A DNA stretch of 33,820 nt, taken from the NCBI GenBank assembly GCA_030770535.1, contig JASVEC010000190.1, forward strand, positions 1 through 33,820, in the 5' to 3' direction. The notes under the pieces are model-generated. The model was given only the letters and a program-made list of their open reading frames with translations. It made no database searches and had not been told where the DNA came from. Shown here one piece after another: positions 1 to 13,329 of this stretch (its first letter is position 1; each line of letters starts with the position of its first letter). This DNA comes from Batkoa obscura. Its lineage: Eukaryota. Position numbers and translations under genes: made by a program.

Positions 1-454
1 AACTATTATAACTCTCTTGCAACTTAACGGTATTTTTTAATATCAAACTATTTGTATAAACAATTTTTTTCTTTAAACAAATGTGATAAGATAAAAATAC
101 TATATTTTAAAATGTGCTAAAAAATAACTTCAACTAATATTTTAATCTTAATCAAAAAGAAATTTAAAAAAGATAATTAATAAAGAATTAAGTTAAATCC
201 AAATTCTTTTTAATAAAAATAAAATGTTAAAAGGTTTTATCTAACAGAAATAACTAGTTCTATAAAATTTAAAAACTCTATCAAAATATATCTTTTAAAA
301 ATTTCGATCCAATATCAAAAAAATAATCCTCCTTTTAGACATCAAAAAAATCACTTCAATTTCTTTATGCTTTCAACGCTAACCCAATTAACCCACAAGC
401 AATTACCATCACTTGTGTTTTCGACAAAAATTTAGTACTAGTAACATTCTTAAA

Positions 455-3130
455 ATGAAAGCCAATTTAAAAGTCATTGGTAGTGGGTCGGGCCTTGATA
501 GCTCCTCTTCTTTAATGTGTTTCTTCGACAACAAAAGATATCTATTTAACTGTGGTGTAGAAGTAGTCAAAAGGTTAAACAACGAACTTGGGTTAAATAG
601 TTCGTTATGAACATGTATTTATTAGTAGGGTGGAATGGGGTGTATGGGCGGATTACCTGGATTCATTCTAACTGGTGCTGACGGTGGTAAAAGAGAATTA
701 AATATTCATGGACCAAAGAATTTGACGCATTCAATTGCTAGTTTAGACATTTTATTGGAAGGTAAGAAAGCGTAAATTGGGCTAATATTACATCCGAATT
801 AACAAATATTATTTTTCTTAATTTTAGACCAAATATTCAATTAAACATCCATGAATTGATAATAATACAAAAGTGTTTCAAGATGAAAATTTAAAAAATT
901 GAACAAGCTATTATATTACCTGAAGGTTGAAAAGGAAATTGATTTAAAGGACGATAAATTAAAACAAAAATAGACTTAGTGGATCAATTTTTTTAAATTA
1001 AAACAAGATAACAATAGTGAAAATATTAATAAAAGAATCAAATAGATTAATTCTCAATCCCCTTTAATTAATGGTGTATAACTAATCCTATTAAGCATAA
1101 TAGTTCAATTTCATATATTGCTACTTGTAATGAAGTACCAGGTAATTATTGGATTGTTTTATACAATCAAGCAAGAATAAATAATAATATTAATTTACAG
1201 GTAAATTTGATCCCCAAGCAGCGATTAAATTAGGATTAAAACCAGGACCCATATATAAAGAATTAAAAGCAGGTATTAAAGTACAAAATGATAAAGGAGA
1301 ATGGATATTACCTGAACAATTGTGTTGGTCCAAGTAAAAAAATGGGAGTGTATTTATAGTTATTGACTGTAAGGATCTAAGTTATGTTAATAATTTAAAA
1401 AATCACGAAAAGTTTAAAAAGTACATCAATAAATAAAGAGGATAAAGTTGATGTTATTTATCATAACTTAGGTAAGTTTTTGAGATGATATTCTATTTAT
1501 GTTATTTATTTTATATAGTTATTTTATTATTTAGGTATCGGAGTAATTTCAGATGAAAGATATCAATCATTTATGTCCTCCTTTGGTCCCCAATGTCATC
1601 ATATCGATTAGTAGTAAAGAAGTCTGCCCACCGTTAATTAACTTAATTATTCTGCACAAAACCAATTAGCTTTAAATCAACTAGATAAAGGCATTTATAA
1701 TTTACCATATCATCAACAACAAATTATAGTCAACAATATAATATATAAATAATCAACAATTAGCTTATCCTGGCTTAGAATATCAATTGGAACCTGTAAG
1801 AAAAGCAACTAAAACAGATGATAAAGTTTATTTGGACTTAACAAATGAAAAAAATCAATCCAATCAGTGTTAAGTATAAATTGAAGGATATCAAGAATTT
1901 ATTAAAAAAATTTAACAATGATATAAAAGAAAAAGAAGATAATCAATTTATTGTAATTATTTATAATATCATTTATAATATTATTATAACTATATTTTGA
2001 TTTATTTATAGAGCAATGGTCCATTTATATCTACATTAGGTACAGGGTCAGCTGTACCATCATTAACTAGAAATGGTAATACAATATATAATATAATAGC
2101 AAATTCAATTAAAATAAACTAAACATATTTCTAATAAATAGTTAGTTCCAATTTAATAACCTTAAAGAATAAAAAAATGATGTTATTAGATTGTGGAGAA
2201 GGAACATTAGGACAAATTTATCGACATTTAGGAGAAAATCAAGGACATTCAAAAATAAGACAAAACTATAAAGATTTCTTAATAAATTTAAGATGTATAT
2301 ATATATCTCATCCACATGCTGATCATCATTTAGGTGTTATATCTGTAATGAAATCCATTCATGAGTATTATAAAGAAAACAATTTAAATAATGAGTTGTT
2401 TTACATAGCTCCATATAGTTTGTATTTAAGTTTAAAAGAACATTCAATGACTGAAGAATTTGGATTTTATAGATGGAAATTCATTAATACTTATAATTTA
2501 ATTTTGGAGAATAATAATATTAAACCAGAATATCAACAACAAATTGATAATTTATTAGTTGAAATGGAATTTAAAGAAATTACTACTTGTATTGTTCCCC
2601 ATTGTCAACATTCTTTTGGTATTAGTTTTATTACTAAAGATAACTTTAAATTGGTTTATTCAGGCGATACTAGACCAAGTGATAATTTAGTTCAAATTGG
2701 TAAAGAAGCAGATGTTTTAATTCATGAGGCTACTATGGATGATGAATTAGCTAAAGAAGCTAAAGCTAAAAGACATTCTACTATTTCAGAAGCTATTGAA
2801 CAGGGTAAAAAAATGCAAGTTAAAAATATTGTATTAACTCATTTTTCTCAGAGGTAAGCTATTATAACAATAATACTATTAATAATAATTATAATAATTT
2901 TACAACAATATGATTTATTAATTTTACATTTGTTTTCTTTTAGATATTCCAGTTTTACTAAAATGGATCGTTTTAAAGATTTAAATGTGTTGATTGGTTC
3001 AGATTTAATGTGTTTAGATTTTAATGAGAATTCCAAAGATTCTTTAAAATTTCAAAAGTTTATTAAAGCTTTTTTAATTTTAGATAATTGTTATCAGAAA
3101 ATTGGTTATTTAAATCAAGAATTTCAATAA
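455..3130 (+). CDS. TRZ1: Long-form tRNase Z (RNase Z / ELAC2 / Trz1), multi-exon; N-terminal half has several frameshifts; possible upstream targeting extension from ~224
   Basis: N-terminal motifs RYLFNCG, CMGGLPGFILT, IHGPKNL and GKFDPQAAIKLGLKPGP (flexible arm). C-terminal domain has TLGTGSAVPSLTRNVSS, LLDCGEGTLGQ, SHPHADHHLG (HxHxDH), YSGDTRP, HEAT, HST and THFSQRY. Introns include 2076-2141 and 2854-2943; stop at 3128-3130. Confidence 0.93.
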
Positions 3131-3150
3131 TATAAAATAAAGTCTATAGA

Positions 3151-3183
3151 AAATAAGAAATAAGAAATAAGAAATAAGAAATA
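3151..3183. repeat. Heptanucleotide microsatellite (AAATAAG) x ~4.7
   Basis: Read directly between the convergent RNase Z and MAK16 3' ends. Confidence 0.85.
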
Positions 3184-3300
3184 TAGAAAAAAGTAAATAA
3201 AATTATATAATTATTCATTTCTTTTAGCTTTCTTTTTTTATTTTAATAATAATAATTCTATCTTCCAACTTTCAATTAAAAAATAATTTTCTTTATCTTT

Positions 3301-4661
3301 TTAATTTCTATAAACTTCTTCATTTTCATATTCAATTTCCACATAAGCTCCTCTCTTCTTTTTCTTTTTATTACTCTTTTTAGTATCTAAATTCTTACGC
3401 TTATCTCCCATTTTAGATTTATCAATTTTATCATCATCTTCACTATCATCATCTTCATTATCATCACTATTATCTAATTCTATATCACCTTCAGATTCTT
3501 CTTCAGATTCTTCGATATCTGAATCATCACTGGCATTACCCTAATTTATTATAATTTAAATTTAATGACACTTTATTATAACTATTATATAATAATTACC
3601 ATATGTCCATTTTCAAATAAATCTTCAAACTCTTCTTCAGACTCCGAAATTCCCTCAACAAATTCAGACTAAATAAAAAAACAATCAATTAATCCTCTCC
3701 CTTTAAATTTCTTTAGAATCGAGCTCCTTACCTCCATTTCTAATTCTTCCTCTTCCTCATCTTCCTCACTTAATTCATCTTCTATATCCATTTGTTCCCC
3801 TTCTAATATTTTTTTCCAAACTGCTTCATTAATATTTAATGGTTCTTCACCATATGCTTTATTCTTTAATCGATTTAATAATTCTTTTTCAATATTATTT
3901 TCCAATTTAGCTGCTGCTTCTGCTTTAGTTTCTCTCTTTTTTTCTCGCCTTTCCACTTTTTTATTAATAACAACCAATTTAGGTCTAAATAAAACAAATA
4001 AAGAGTTAATAATGGTTACAGTAAAAGAAAAGTGGTACAAGGAGAAGGTGAATAAAACTTACTGATTTTTTAACTTTAATTTTCGCATTTTAATTAAATA
4101 TTGTTTGATTTTAGTTAATCTTAATTTACATTTATTAATTTGTTTTTCTGGCCAATAGAGCAATTGTTGATCAATCTATTAAATAAAAATCATTAATTAA
4201 TATAATCCATTTCAATTTATACAATTGAAATTCTTGATGCATACTTACCTGTTCGATAGCTTTAATTAAATTTTTATCTAACTTGATCTTTTCCCATAAT
4301 TTGGCTGGTAAATGTGCTCTTTCTGCTGTTTTTATAAATAAGTAAACAGTACCTATTTAATATTATTTTTAATATTAATTAATAAATTAAATATAATGTA
4401 GAATAATAATAAAGCTTTTTTTTTACCTTCTTGCTCACGTACAGTAGCATATCTTGAATTGGCTAATGGACATGATTCTCGGTCACATAACCCAGTTACA
4501 TTATATTCATTTCGACAAAACTTTTGAGTATCCGTACTATCAATGGAAATTTGATTAGCTTATTAGTTGAATGCTTTTATGAATGTTTGATATTCTTACC
4601 TGACTTTATAAGAACAAAATCGAGTATTTACTATGTTCCATATAATTTCCTCGTTATTCAT
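3301..4661 (-). CDS. MAK16: MAK16 60S ribosome biogenesis protein, multi-exon
   Basis: Spliced translation [20 protein letters not shown]...[29 protein letters not shown]...[18 protein letters not shown]...[40 protein letters not shown], an acidic tail and C-terminal [17 protein letters not shown] at 4661, TAA at 3301-3303. Confidence 0.95.
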
Positions 4662-4915
4662 ATTCAATTGAATTCCTTTTTCTTGGTTGGAAATAAAAAA
4701 AATAAATTTTAATATTTACCAGAACTTAATATTTTAGCCCCAAAATTGAAATTTCAATTCTTAAAATTTGAAGCTCGATCATTGATTGGTTGGACCTAAG
4801 ATTCTTTAAAGATTGCGATTTTGTTGCTGTGATTAATTTTAAAATATAAAATAAAAAAGAATTAATATTAAGCTTATTTTATTAAAATTGGATTTCCAAT
4901 TTCCAATTATTAAAA
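4662..4915. promoter_or_regulatory. Probable bidirectional promoter between MAK16 and Rae1-like A
   Basis: Head-to-head start codons separated by only 254 bp. Confidence 0.5.
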
Positions 4916-6397
4916 ATGAGTTTGAGTAAAAAAAATAATACACCCACAAAAAAAGATATATCAACAGATCTTAAAGTAAGTTTCATTAGAGTAGAACTAG
5001 AATACAAATCTAAATTACAATATTTAAAATTCAAAATTTTATTTAAAAGGTTCAATTCCCACCAAATGATACTGTAGCTACTTTAAATTGGTCACCGGTA
5101 GCTGATTATTTTGTTGTTGCTTGTTGGGATGGAGAGGTAATAACAATAAGTAAACAAATAAAAAACTAACCAATCTTATTAAAGGTTCGTGTTTACCAAG
5201 TACATCCCAATCTCAGTACATCCGGAGTAGCTAGTTATAAACATGAAGGACCGGTATTAGTAGCAAAATTTAGTCCAGTAAGTAATTTCAGTTGATATTA
5301 GTATTTTTTATAGATTTAATAAGCATATTAATTCGTATATAGGATGGTAATAAAATAGTATCTGGTGGTGGAGATAAAAAGATTATTGTATATGATTTAG
5401 TTACTAAAAAACAAAGCATTATTGGGCAACATAATGATAGTATTAGTGGTATTGATTTTTATTCACCTACAAATTTTGTGACTTCCTCTTGGGATAAAAC
5501 ATTAAAGGTAAAGAATATTTTAACTTAAAACGATAATAATAATAGTTCTTTGTTTAATTAAATTTATTTAACTAATTAATATTTTATTCCAAACAGTATT
5601 GGGATTTAACTAAATTTCAAATGATTGGACAAAACGAGTTACCTGATAAAATTTATAAATTATCGATTGCTTTTCCATTGATGGTAGCAGCAGTAGGTAG
5701 TGAAAATTTTGCTATCTATGATTTAAATAATCCAGGTACTTTAATGAAGGTAATAACATAATAAGTAAATAAATAATAAACAAATAATAATATATAATTA
5801 TTTGATTTATAATTTAAATTAAAACTAAATCCGTAGGTTATGACACCCAACAAAATGGTAGGAATTCCCAAAACATTACAAGCGTTTTCTGGAGCAACAC
5901 CAGGTTTTATGTATGGAATAAGTAAAGGTAAAGGAGCAGTAGTTCATATTGATGAAAAATATTCGGATGGAAAAGATAAAAAAGATGTAACATTTCGATG
6001 TAATCGAGATGAAAAATATTGTTATACAATTCATCAAGTACTAAGTCATCCTAATAAATTGGATGCTATGTATGCTTTGGGCTCTGATGGAGGTATTTCT
6101 ACTTTTGATTTAACCAAAAAAGTTCGGATTTGTTCCATGTTTCATAAGGGGAAAAGTATCACTGCAGGTGGATTTGATAGAAATGGATTTCTATTGGCAT
6201 ATGCTACTGGTTATGATTGGAGTAGAGTAAGTTTTGTAATTATTTAAATTAAGCAATCTTTGGTTTATATTATTTATATTAATCTATATTTTATCTGTAT
6301 TTTATTTCTATTTTAGGGTTATAAATATCATAAACATGATGATAATTTTCAAATCTTTTTACACCAAGTTCAACCTGAAGAACTTAATAAACAATAA
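4916..6397 (+). CDS. Rae1/Gle2 (Bub3-related) WD40 protein, divergent paralog A, 7 exons
   Basis: Spliced translation PPNDTVATLNWSP...ACWDGEVRVY...HEGPVL...FSPDGNKIVSGGGDK...TSSWDKTLKYWD...GSDG...AYATGYDWSRGY, which matches the Rae1/Gle2 layout (YDWSKG-like C-terminus). Six phase-0 GT-AG introns; TAA at 6395-6397. Confidence 0.85.
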
Positions 6398-7374
6398 TAA
6401 GTAAGATTATAAATAATAATTATTATTAAGGAAAACATGGGGTTAAATAAATTATTGTGATAATAAAAAGTTGAATAAAAATATATTTTATTAGGTTTTA
6501 TTTGTGAATAGATTGAAATTAAAATAACCTAATCAATATCGCAATAAAAAGATCAATTATTTTTAAATTTATAGTTTACTTTTTTAAGAGTTAAAAAGTA
6601 TAATTTTACAATTTATTAAATATCAACTTTAAAACTAAAAATGATAATAAAATAGTAAAAGTAATACAATATGTTTTATTAGCATTAATTAAGTTTTTTT
6701 TTAAAAGAATACAGTTCATTCTTTATTGAAAATTTTCAATATTGAGGGGAAAAGAAATTAGTAAAAGTTAACAGGAAAGAGAGATGAATTATTTGATTAG
6801 GACTTGAGGATTACGTCCTAATCTTTTGCTTCCTAAATGTATGCTATATTCACACTTTACTTTGCATTTTATATAGAGAGATGAAGCTAATAGATTAGCA
6901 TCAACTTCTTTGGAGCTGTTCTCAAAATGGAAATTAACAGTTATCTACAAGCTCAACCTAATAAGCTATTAATAGGTTTTAATCTTAAATAATTAATAGA
7001 AATACAAAGTGGTTATAAATTTAAAATGTTATTTACAATATTACTATACTGAATGCTCCATTAGTAGTTAAATGGATTACGGATGAAGAGAAGATCATTG
7101 AGCAATTGAAATATATTTTCATATTTAAATTAAAATTTTATAACACTAACTTGAATACATTTAGTTTCTAATAAAAGTCGTAAAGCCAATTTTGATTTTA
7201 TTAGCATTTTATTGAGCTAATTTTTTACTTCTATTAAATCAATTATAATATTAGTGTAATATTAACAAAAATAAAAATAAGGATAAAAATAAAAACTAGA
7301 GTAATAAAAGAAGATTTATCAATGGCTAATGTAAAAAGTTAGTGACTGTAAGTGCTAGTTTGCTTACAAAATAG

Positions 7375-8029
7375 TTATATTAACATTGAGACTTCCTTTA
7401 ATTTGTATATTGTACAAGATTTATTGAAGATGCGATGAGAGTAACAAGTGAAAAAAAATGTAGTATGCTTATAAACAACAACGAAATCTGGCTCAGCTGT
7501 AAGCATAACCAGTACAATATCGGGACTTGATTTAGTTTCTTATAAATAATGGCAGCTATGATGAATTCAATAAGTGTACTAGTAATGAAAGAGCAGTAAG
7601 ATAACAATCAATATCTATATTTATATCTTTTAAATCAAAAGCTTTAATTTTGGTTACTTTAATATTAGAGAAGAAAGATAAAAAATAAAGAAACTTTTAA
7701 ATGTAATATCACTAGTTCGATTGGTTAGGATTTGACTTATAAATCTACATTTGTATAAGTTGCACCCAACATTGATGTTGATTTTATTAAAATTAAACTC
7801 TTTCTTTTTAATTTCAAGAATATCATATAGGGATGTCTGAACCGGTTTCATTTTATTTAATTAAATACTTCAAAAAATTTTGCTCGAAATTCTGTAAAAA
7901 TAAATCCTTGACACAGTTTTAAATTAGCAGAAATTCCACTAAATTTAATGGAAATTCTTAGATTAGCAAGGCTTTTACTAATATAGCCTATATATTAATA
8001 TTAATCAAAGTTGCAATATGTAAATAAAT
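7375..8029 (-). pseudogene. C-terminal remnant of an F-box/LRR-like family gene
   Basis: NLYKCRFISQI..SDITFKSFFIF and IYKKLNQVPIL resemble the C-termini of family members at 12.7, 14.8, 19.1 and 31.5 kb. Contains stops and frameshifts and is truncated at the 8030 MITE. Confidence 0.6.
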
Positions 8030-8134
8030 ATATGGGGATGTATTTTTGTATTTAACAATTTTACTACAATCTTTTCACTCAAATAGCGCTTAAAAAATGG
8101 AAGAATAATGAAACTAAAAAAAACAGCCCCATAT
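8030..8134 (+). mobile_element. MITE family 1, full-length copy
   Basis: Terminal inverted repeats ATATGGGGATGTATTTTT...AAAAAAACAGCCCCATAT and core CTCAAATAGCGCTTAAAAAATGGAA shared with other copies. Confidence 0.88.
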
Positions 8135-8751
8135 GTCTCTACAAAACTTTACTGCAAATATTCGCTATTGATTGCTTTACAGCCAACATTACAGATTTGT
8201 TATTAGATGAGCGAAGTATTTTAATGTTATAGCCATATTATCAATTTATCATCAAGTTAATAAACAACTGTATAGGAGGGAGTGGTTGACCTCAAAATCA
8301 TAATTAATTATTCTTGTATAATACAACTAATATAATAATAGTTTTTGTTTATTATTACAACTACCTGATCTTTAATTATTTATTAACTTACCTATTACAT
8401 ACTATTCTTAATAATCCAAGTCTATCTTAGTCACATAAACTAAGACCTTTCGACTTATAGTGTAGTCAACCAGGCAATAGCTGTTTTTGACTCCAAACAC
8501 TGAGTACCAGATTTCACAACTTTCAATTATACGCTTCTTGTTGTTCTCTCTCTTCAAAAGATGACCAGAAGAATCAAATAGCTTTATATTTTAAAGTTTT
8601 TTGAGACTCTCAAAATGATTGATATTAAAACCAGTATTAAATATACTATCGATTATTAGTTCTACATTAAAACTAAAATTAGATTCAGTTGGGGTAAAAA
8701 TATTTAGTAAAATTATTGATATTTCCCCTTCAAAGTACAACTTGCAAATGT

Positions 8752-8805
8752 TCTTTTAAGAATTTTACCAATACCCCTTCTACTCAAATAGCGCTTAAAA
8801 GATGA
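8752..8805 (+). mobile_element. MITE family 1, internal fragment
   Basis: TTTAAGAATTTTACC...CTACTCAAATAGCGCTTAAAAGATGAA matches the MITE core; no TIRs. Confidence 0.6.
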
Positions 8806-9560
8806 AGGACTTTCTTTTTTTGAAATAATCAATTATAATAGTCAACACTATTTAAATGATGTGTACAAGCATCGCTATATCCAAAACTAAACTTAGTTGC
8901 TTTATATTCATTATTTTACAAAGTATATGCAAAAATGAGTAATTAGTTACTTTTAATAGTGGCATGATATAATTTAATGTTTATTTATTTCCTGAATAAA
9001 AAATTGCTATAGAATTCCTTACAACTGATAATTTTGACTTTTTATAATAGCATAAGCTTATGATGTATAAGGATAGCTTTTTAGTAACTTTTGCACAAAA
9101 AGGAGTTTGAATTTAAAATAAACACAAATTGCCTTTGATAATATTATAATTATCTTATTAAAAGTGTTGAAAATAGCCACCTATCGATAAGGCCAAAAAT
9201 GATATGATATCATATAATATAAAAAATGAATATTAAGTATAGTTTTAGATATTAACACTTATACCTCTTCTCTACGAATAAAAAATATAAAGTGAAATGT
9301 AGTCGACTTAGGTTAAATTAACCTATATATCTCTAGTGTCATAAATCAAGTTTGATTAATAAATGTTGTTATTGAGCTTATTGAAATAGTTATTCTTGAT
9401 TGTAAAACGTAAAGGAATGAAATAATTCATATATGTTTTTTAGAAATAAAATTGATACAGTAAAATATCAATTGTCTTGGAAAAATTTATAAATAAATTC
9501 TTTATTTAATAGATTTATAAATAAATATGGTGGATTATAGTACAATCTATTATTGTTAAG

Positions 9561-11183
9561 TTAAAATTTAAGCTCATTTCTAGGCTTAATTCCAAGTATC
9601 ATTCCCTGCTCCTTAAGCTTAAGTACCAAAAAAAGATAAGGAGTAGTGGTAGCACCTTTATGATAATATTGAATATCAAAATAATATAAAAAGGAAGACA
9701 AAAAGTGGAACATAGCTAACCAAGCAAACTCTCTACCAGCACAGGACCCAGGACCAATTAAAAAGGGTAAGTAATTTGATTTAACACTTGAGTCTAAAAA
9801 TCTTTCAGGTATAAATTGATCACTATTTTCCCAAATTTCATTACTACGGTGGTAAGCATACGTTCCAATACCAACTTCAATGCCTTCTGGTAGATAGTAT
9901 CCTTCTAACTCCACTCCTCCTTTGGGTGTTATTCTAGGTAGAAAACCAGCTGCAATAGGATATAATCGCATAGATTCACTGATACAGGCTTCTAAATAAG
10001 GACAATTCTTTTTTATGAGCTCGTAAGTGATTTCTTCAGCTGAATAATCTTTATATAACTGATCAATTTCTTGTTGAAGCTTATCAAGTTTGTCTGGATG
10101 TTCAAGCAATAATTTTAAAATCCAAATTATGGTATTGGCAGTAGTATCAGTACCTCCAATAAAACCAATAGTAACTTCAGCAGCTAATTCGTCCAAAGTC
10201 ATTGGGTTCTTGCTATTAATGATAAATGACTGTAAAATATCATTGAATTCGAGAGAATCATCTTTAGCTAATTGTTTTTGTCTATTTTGTACTTTTGATT
10301 TACAAAATTCAATAAATTGTTGATAGTTTTGTTTACCAAAATAGTTACCACCGATTGTTTTTAATATTGGAAATTCATAGTGCATAACCCCATAAGTCTG
10401 TGCCCCTTTGAACCATTTTAAAATAGGTACTGCACTTTCGTCTTGATTTATTAAATCTAAGTTTTCACTTAATATCAATTGACCGTTGATTGTAAATAAA
10501 ACCTGGTGAATTAGTTCATTGATATCACAATATCCTTTGGTTTCATATAATTCCTTTAATTTCTTTAATAGAGGTAAGAAATTATTTTGAACTATGGCAG
10601 GTTCCAATTTCTTCAAATTAGAACTGTTGAGTATTTGACCTACAACCTTTTTCTATCAAATTTATTAATATTATTACTTTATTAAAATTTATAAAAAAAA
10701 CTTACTTTTTCGGAAGCAGCTCCTTTTTCGCTAAGGAATTTCATTAGTAAAATAGAAATAGTTAAAACGAATATGCTTACATAGCAGAAAATATATTTGG
10801 TGCGCCAAAATCAAATGAAGGGTAAATACCGTTCTTTTGATATTTATAAGTGCCATAAATGGTATCTGACGAATTTTTGGTATTAGTCATAACTCGGTCC
10901 GGTGCAAAATGTACAACTGGACCATATTGGTCCTGGAGCTCCTTTAAAAATGTATGGTAACTACCATGAGCGACGTAATATTTGGCGTATAGGCCTGTCA
11001 TTTTACCCAGAATAGGACCAGGCACATAACGTAACCTACTGATATATTTTACATAGATATACTAATAATTCATGTTAACTTATTGATAAATATGGGAATT
11101 ATTTATCTTACTCGCAATAGGATATACCCTATTAATGATAATGATAAGGCTAAGTTTATATTAAATAATATATTTAAAGACAT
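9561..11183 (-). CDS. Cytochrome P450, 4 exons including a 25-nt micro-exon (10706-10730)
   Basis: N-terminal membrane anchor MSLNILFNINLALSLSLIGYILLR, hinge VPGP, I-helix GFIGGTDTT, ESMR (ExxR), PERF and heme motif FLIGPGSCAG. GT-AG introns join the exons in frame. Confidence 0.95.
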
Positions 11184-11754
11184 TTCCTAAAGTTTTTTTA
11201 AAATTGTAATTCAAAAACTAGTATTCATTTCATATTTATACTTTTTCTACTACTTATTAATATCATTATCTATATTATATTATCCTCTGTATTATTTTTG
11301 ATTAGTAATACTATTTACTATCTGAAGATTAATTATACAAAAAATGAAGTTCTTTTACTAAAAGGAACTTTGCTTTAGCAGTATTTTATTTAAATTTAAA
11401 AGCCTCCAACGTTAAAGGATTTATGCCTTAATAAATGGTCATTTTTACCTTATGAAAATAGATTATAGTGGAGTGCTAAAATTTCAGTTTTTAAAAAAAT
11501 GCAAGCAACCAAAAAAACTAAACAGCAGTAAACGGCAGTAAACTGTGGAAATACAATAATAAAAATGGACATAAAATATTATCATTTTTAGTTTGACACT
11601 TGAGTTGATTTCTAACCTCGAAGGAAATAAACTGTCATGTATTTGCGATCAAACTATACTATAAACTGCTCCTATAATCTAGTTTACTCCCGGCTTATTA
11701 TGATACTTTTAGTCCGAAACCTATGAAAAAAATATGATTAATTACTATCTTATA

Positions 11755-11856
11755 TTTTGGGATGTTTTTTTGGCTTCATACTTTCTCCATTTAAGTGCTT
11801 TTGAACCGAAAAATTGTTAGTAAAATTCTTAAACTAAAAAAGTAATATTGATATAT
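11755..11856 (-). mobile_element. MITE family 1, degenerate copy
   Basis: GGGATGTTTTTTTGGCTTCAT...AAAAATTGTTAGTAAAATTCTTAAAC is the reverse complement of the MITE consensus. Confidence 0.7.
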
Positions 11857-11931
11857 AAATCAAATGATAATCTATATATTGATATTTTTAGCATGCAAAT
11901 AATTTAGATATTCACAGTAATGAGAATTTCG

Positions 11932-12132
11932 TTTGCTATTATTATTAACATTGAATGTAAAATGTCATTATTGTTTAAAACACTCTAATAATCAACAGTT
12001 ACTTTTTAATGAAATTTATTTATTTATTTATGTATTAACTTAATAAACACTCTTTTCAAAAGTTATTTTAACTATTTAACTGTTTTAATCAATAGTAATA
12101 ATATTACATTCAATGTTAATAATGATAGTAAA
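11932..12132. repeat. Foldback / MITE-like element with ~50-bp imperfect inverted arms
   Basis: Left arm TTTGCTATTATTATTAACATTGAATGTAAAATGTCATTATTGTTTAAAACA against reverse-complemented right arm TTTACTATCATTATTAACATTGAATGTAATATTATTACTATTGATTAAAACA; 20-bp perfect core. Confidence 0.75.
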
Positions 12133-13224
12133 TTAAATTAATATATTATATAATACCAACATTGACTAGAATGTTATACTAAGACACCTTTTAATTCAAA
12201 AATTTAAAATAAAAAGTCTATGGGGGAATAAAGGTTTATATACAATAGATCACACTAAAAGTTTATTGTTTGAGAACTTAATGGCGACAACAATAAGTGG
12301 AATATTAATTTTACAAAGAGAGTTCAAATATAAATTGTAGACTAAAATAATAGTTTGGACATAATAAATTATTATTTAACAAATGAAAACAAGATCTTAG
12401 CTTTAAGTTTATTAACATCTACCAAAATAAAAACATACTCAATAGTGAATTTTAAAAATAAAAATCTAATGAAAAGCAAACAAAAAGCTGAAAAAGATTT
12501 ATTAATAGCTAATACCAAAAATGAAGGCATTCAATCTTGACATGTATCCAACGTTTGTTGAGTTTTTTGAGTTTATTTACTAAATTACTAAGAGTGAAAT
12601 CTTTATAAAGATTCTTAAATAGTATTAAATATAATAAGCATAACAAAATAAGTAATGAATTATAAATTCAATTAGCCTAGCATTAGGACTTTTTTCAATC
12701 TGTTATATAGCTCATAGTTTATGATTAATGTAATAGGGATCATAAGCAATAAAACAGTAGTAAGTTTATAATTACTGTCTTCATTTATATTTCTCAACTC
12801 AAATCGACTAATTTTAATTACTTTAAGGTTTGGGAAGAGAGATAAAAAGAAAAATAAATCGTCAAATGATAAATCTACTTTATGAATTTACATTTACATA
12901 AATTGCACCCATCTACATCCTTGACATTATATCCATTTATTTTGCATTTCTCTATTGTATCATGAAAGGTATAAATTAGACATTCAATATATATGATTCA
13001 AATATTTTTTAATAAAGAAATTGATTTTAACATTGATCTTGATAGATTCCTAGTATATACTTCTTTTAATGCTATTAATTTTAATAACCATAGTTAACAG
13101 ATTTTGATGAATCAAAGCTACCTAAAAAGATAACATTAGCATCTTGATTATATTCAAGTTATTGCTATTCATTAGAAAAGAATCAGAAACATCAATTCCT
13201 TTTATAATTTATGTTAAAACTAGA

Positions 13225-13329
13225 ATATGGGGGTGTTTTTTTGTGTTTAAGAATTTTACTAACAATCTTTCTACTCAAATAGCGCTTAAAAAATGGAAGA
13301 ATAATGAAATCAAAAAAACACCCCCATAT
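13225..13329 (+). mobile_element. MITE family 1, full-length copy with perfect TIRs
   Basis: ATATGGGGGTGTTTTTTTG ... CAAAAAAACACCCCCATAT (19-bp perfect inverted match), inserted in LRR coding sequence. Confidence 0.92.
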
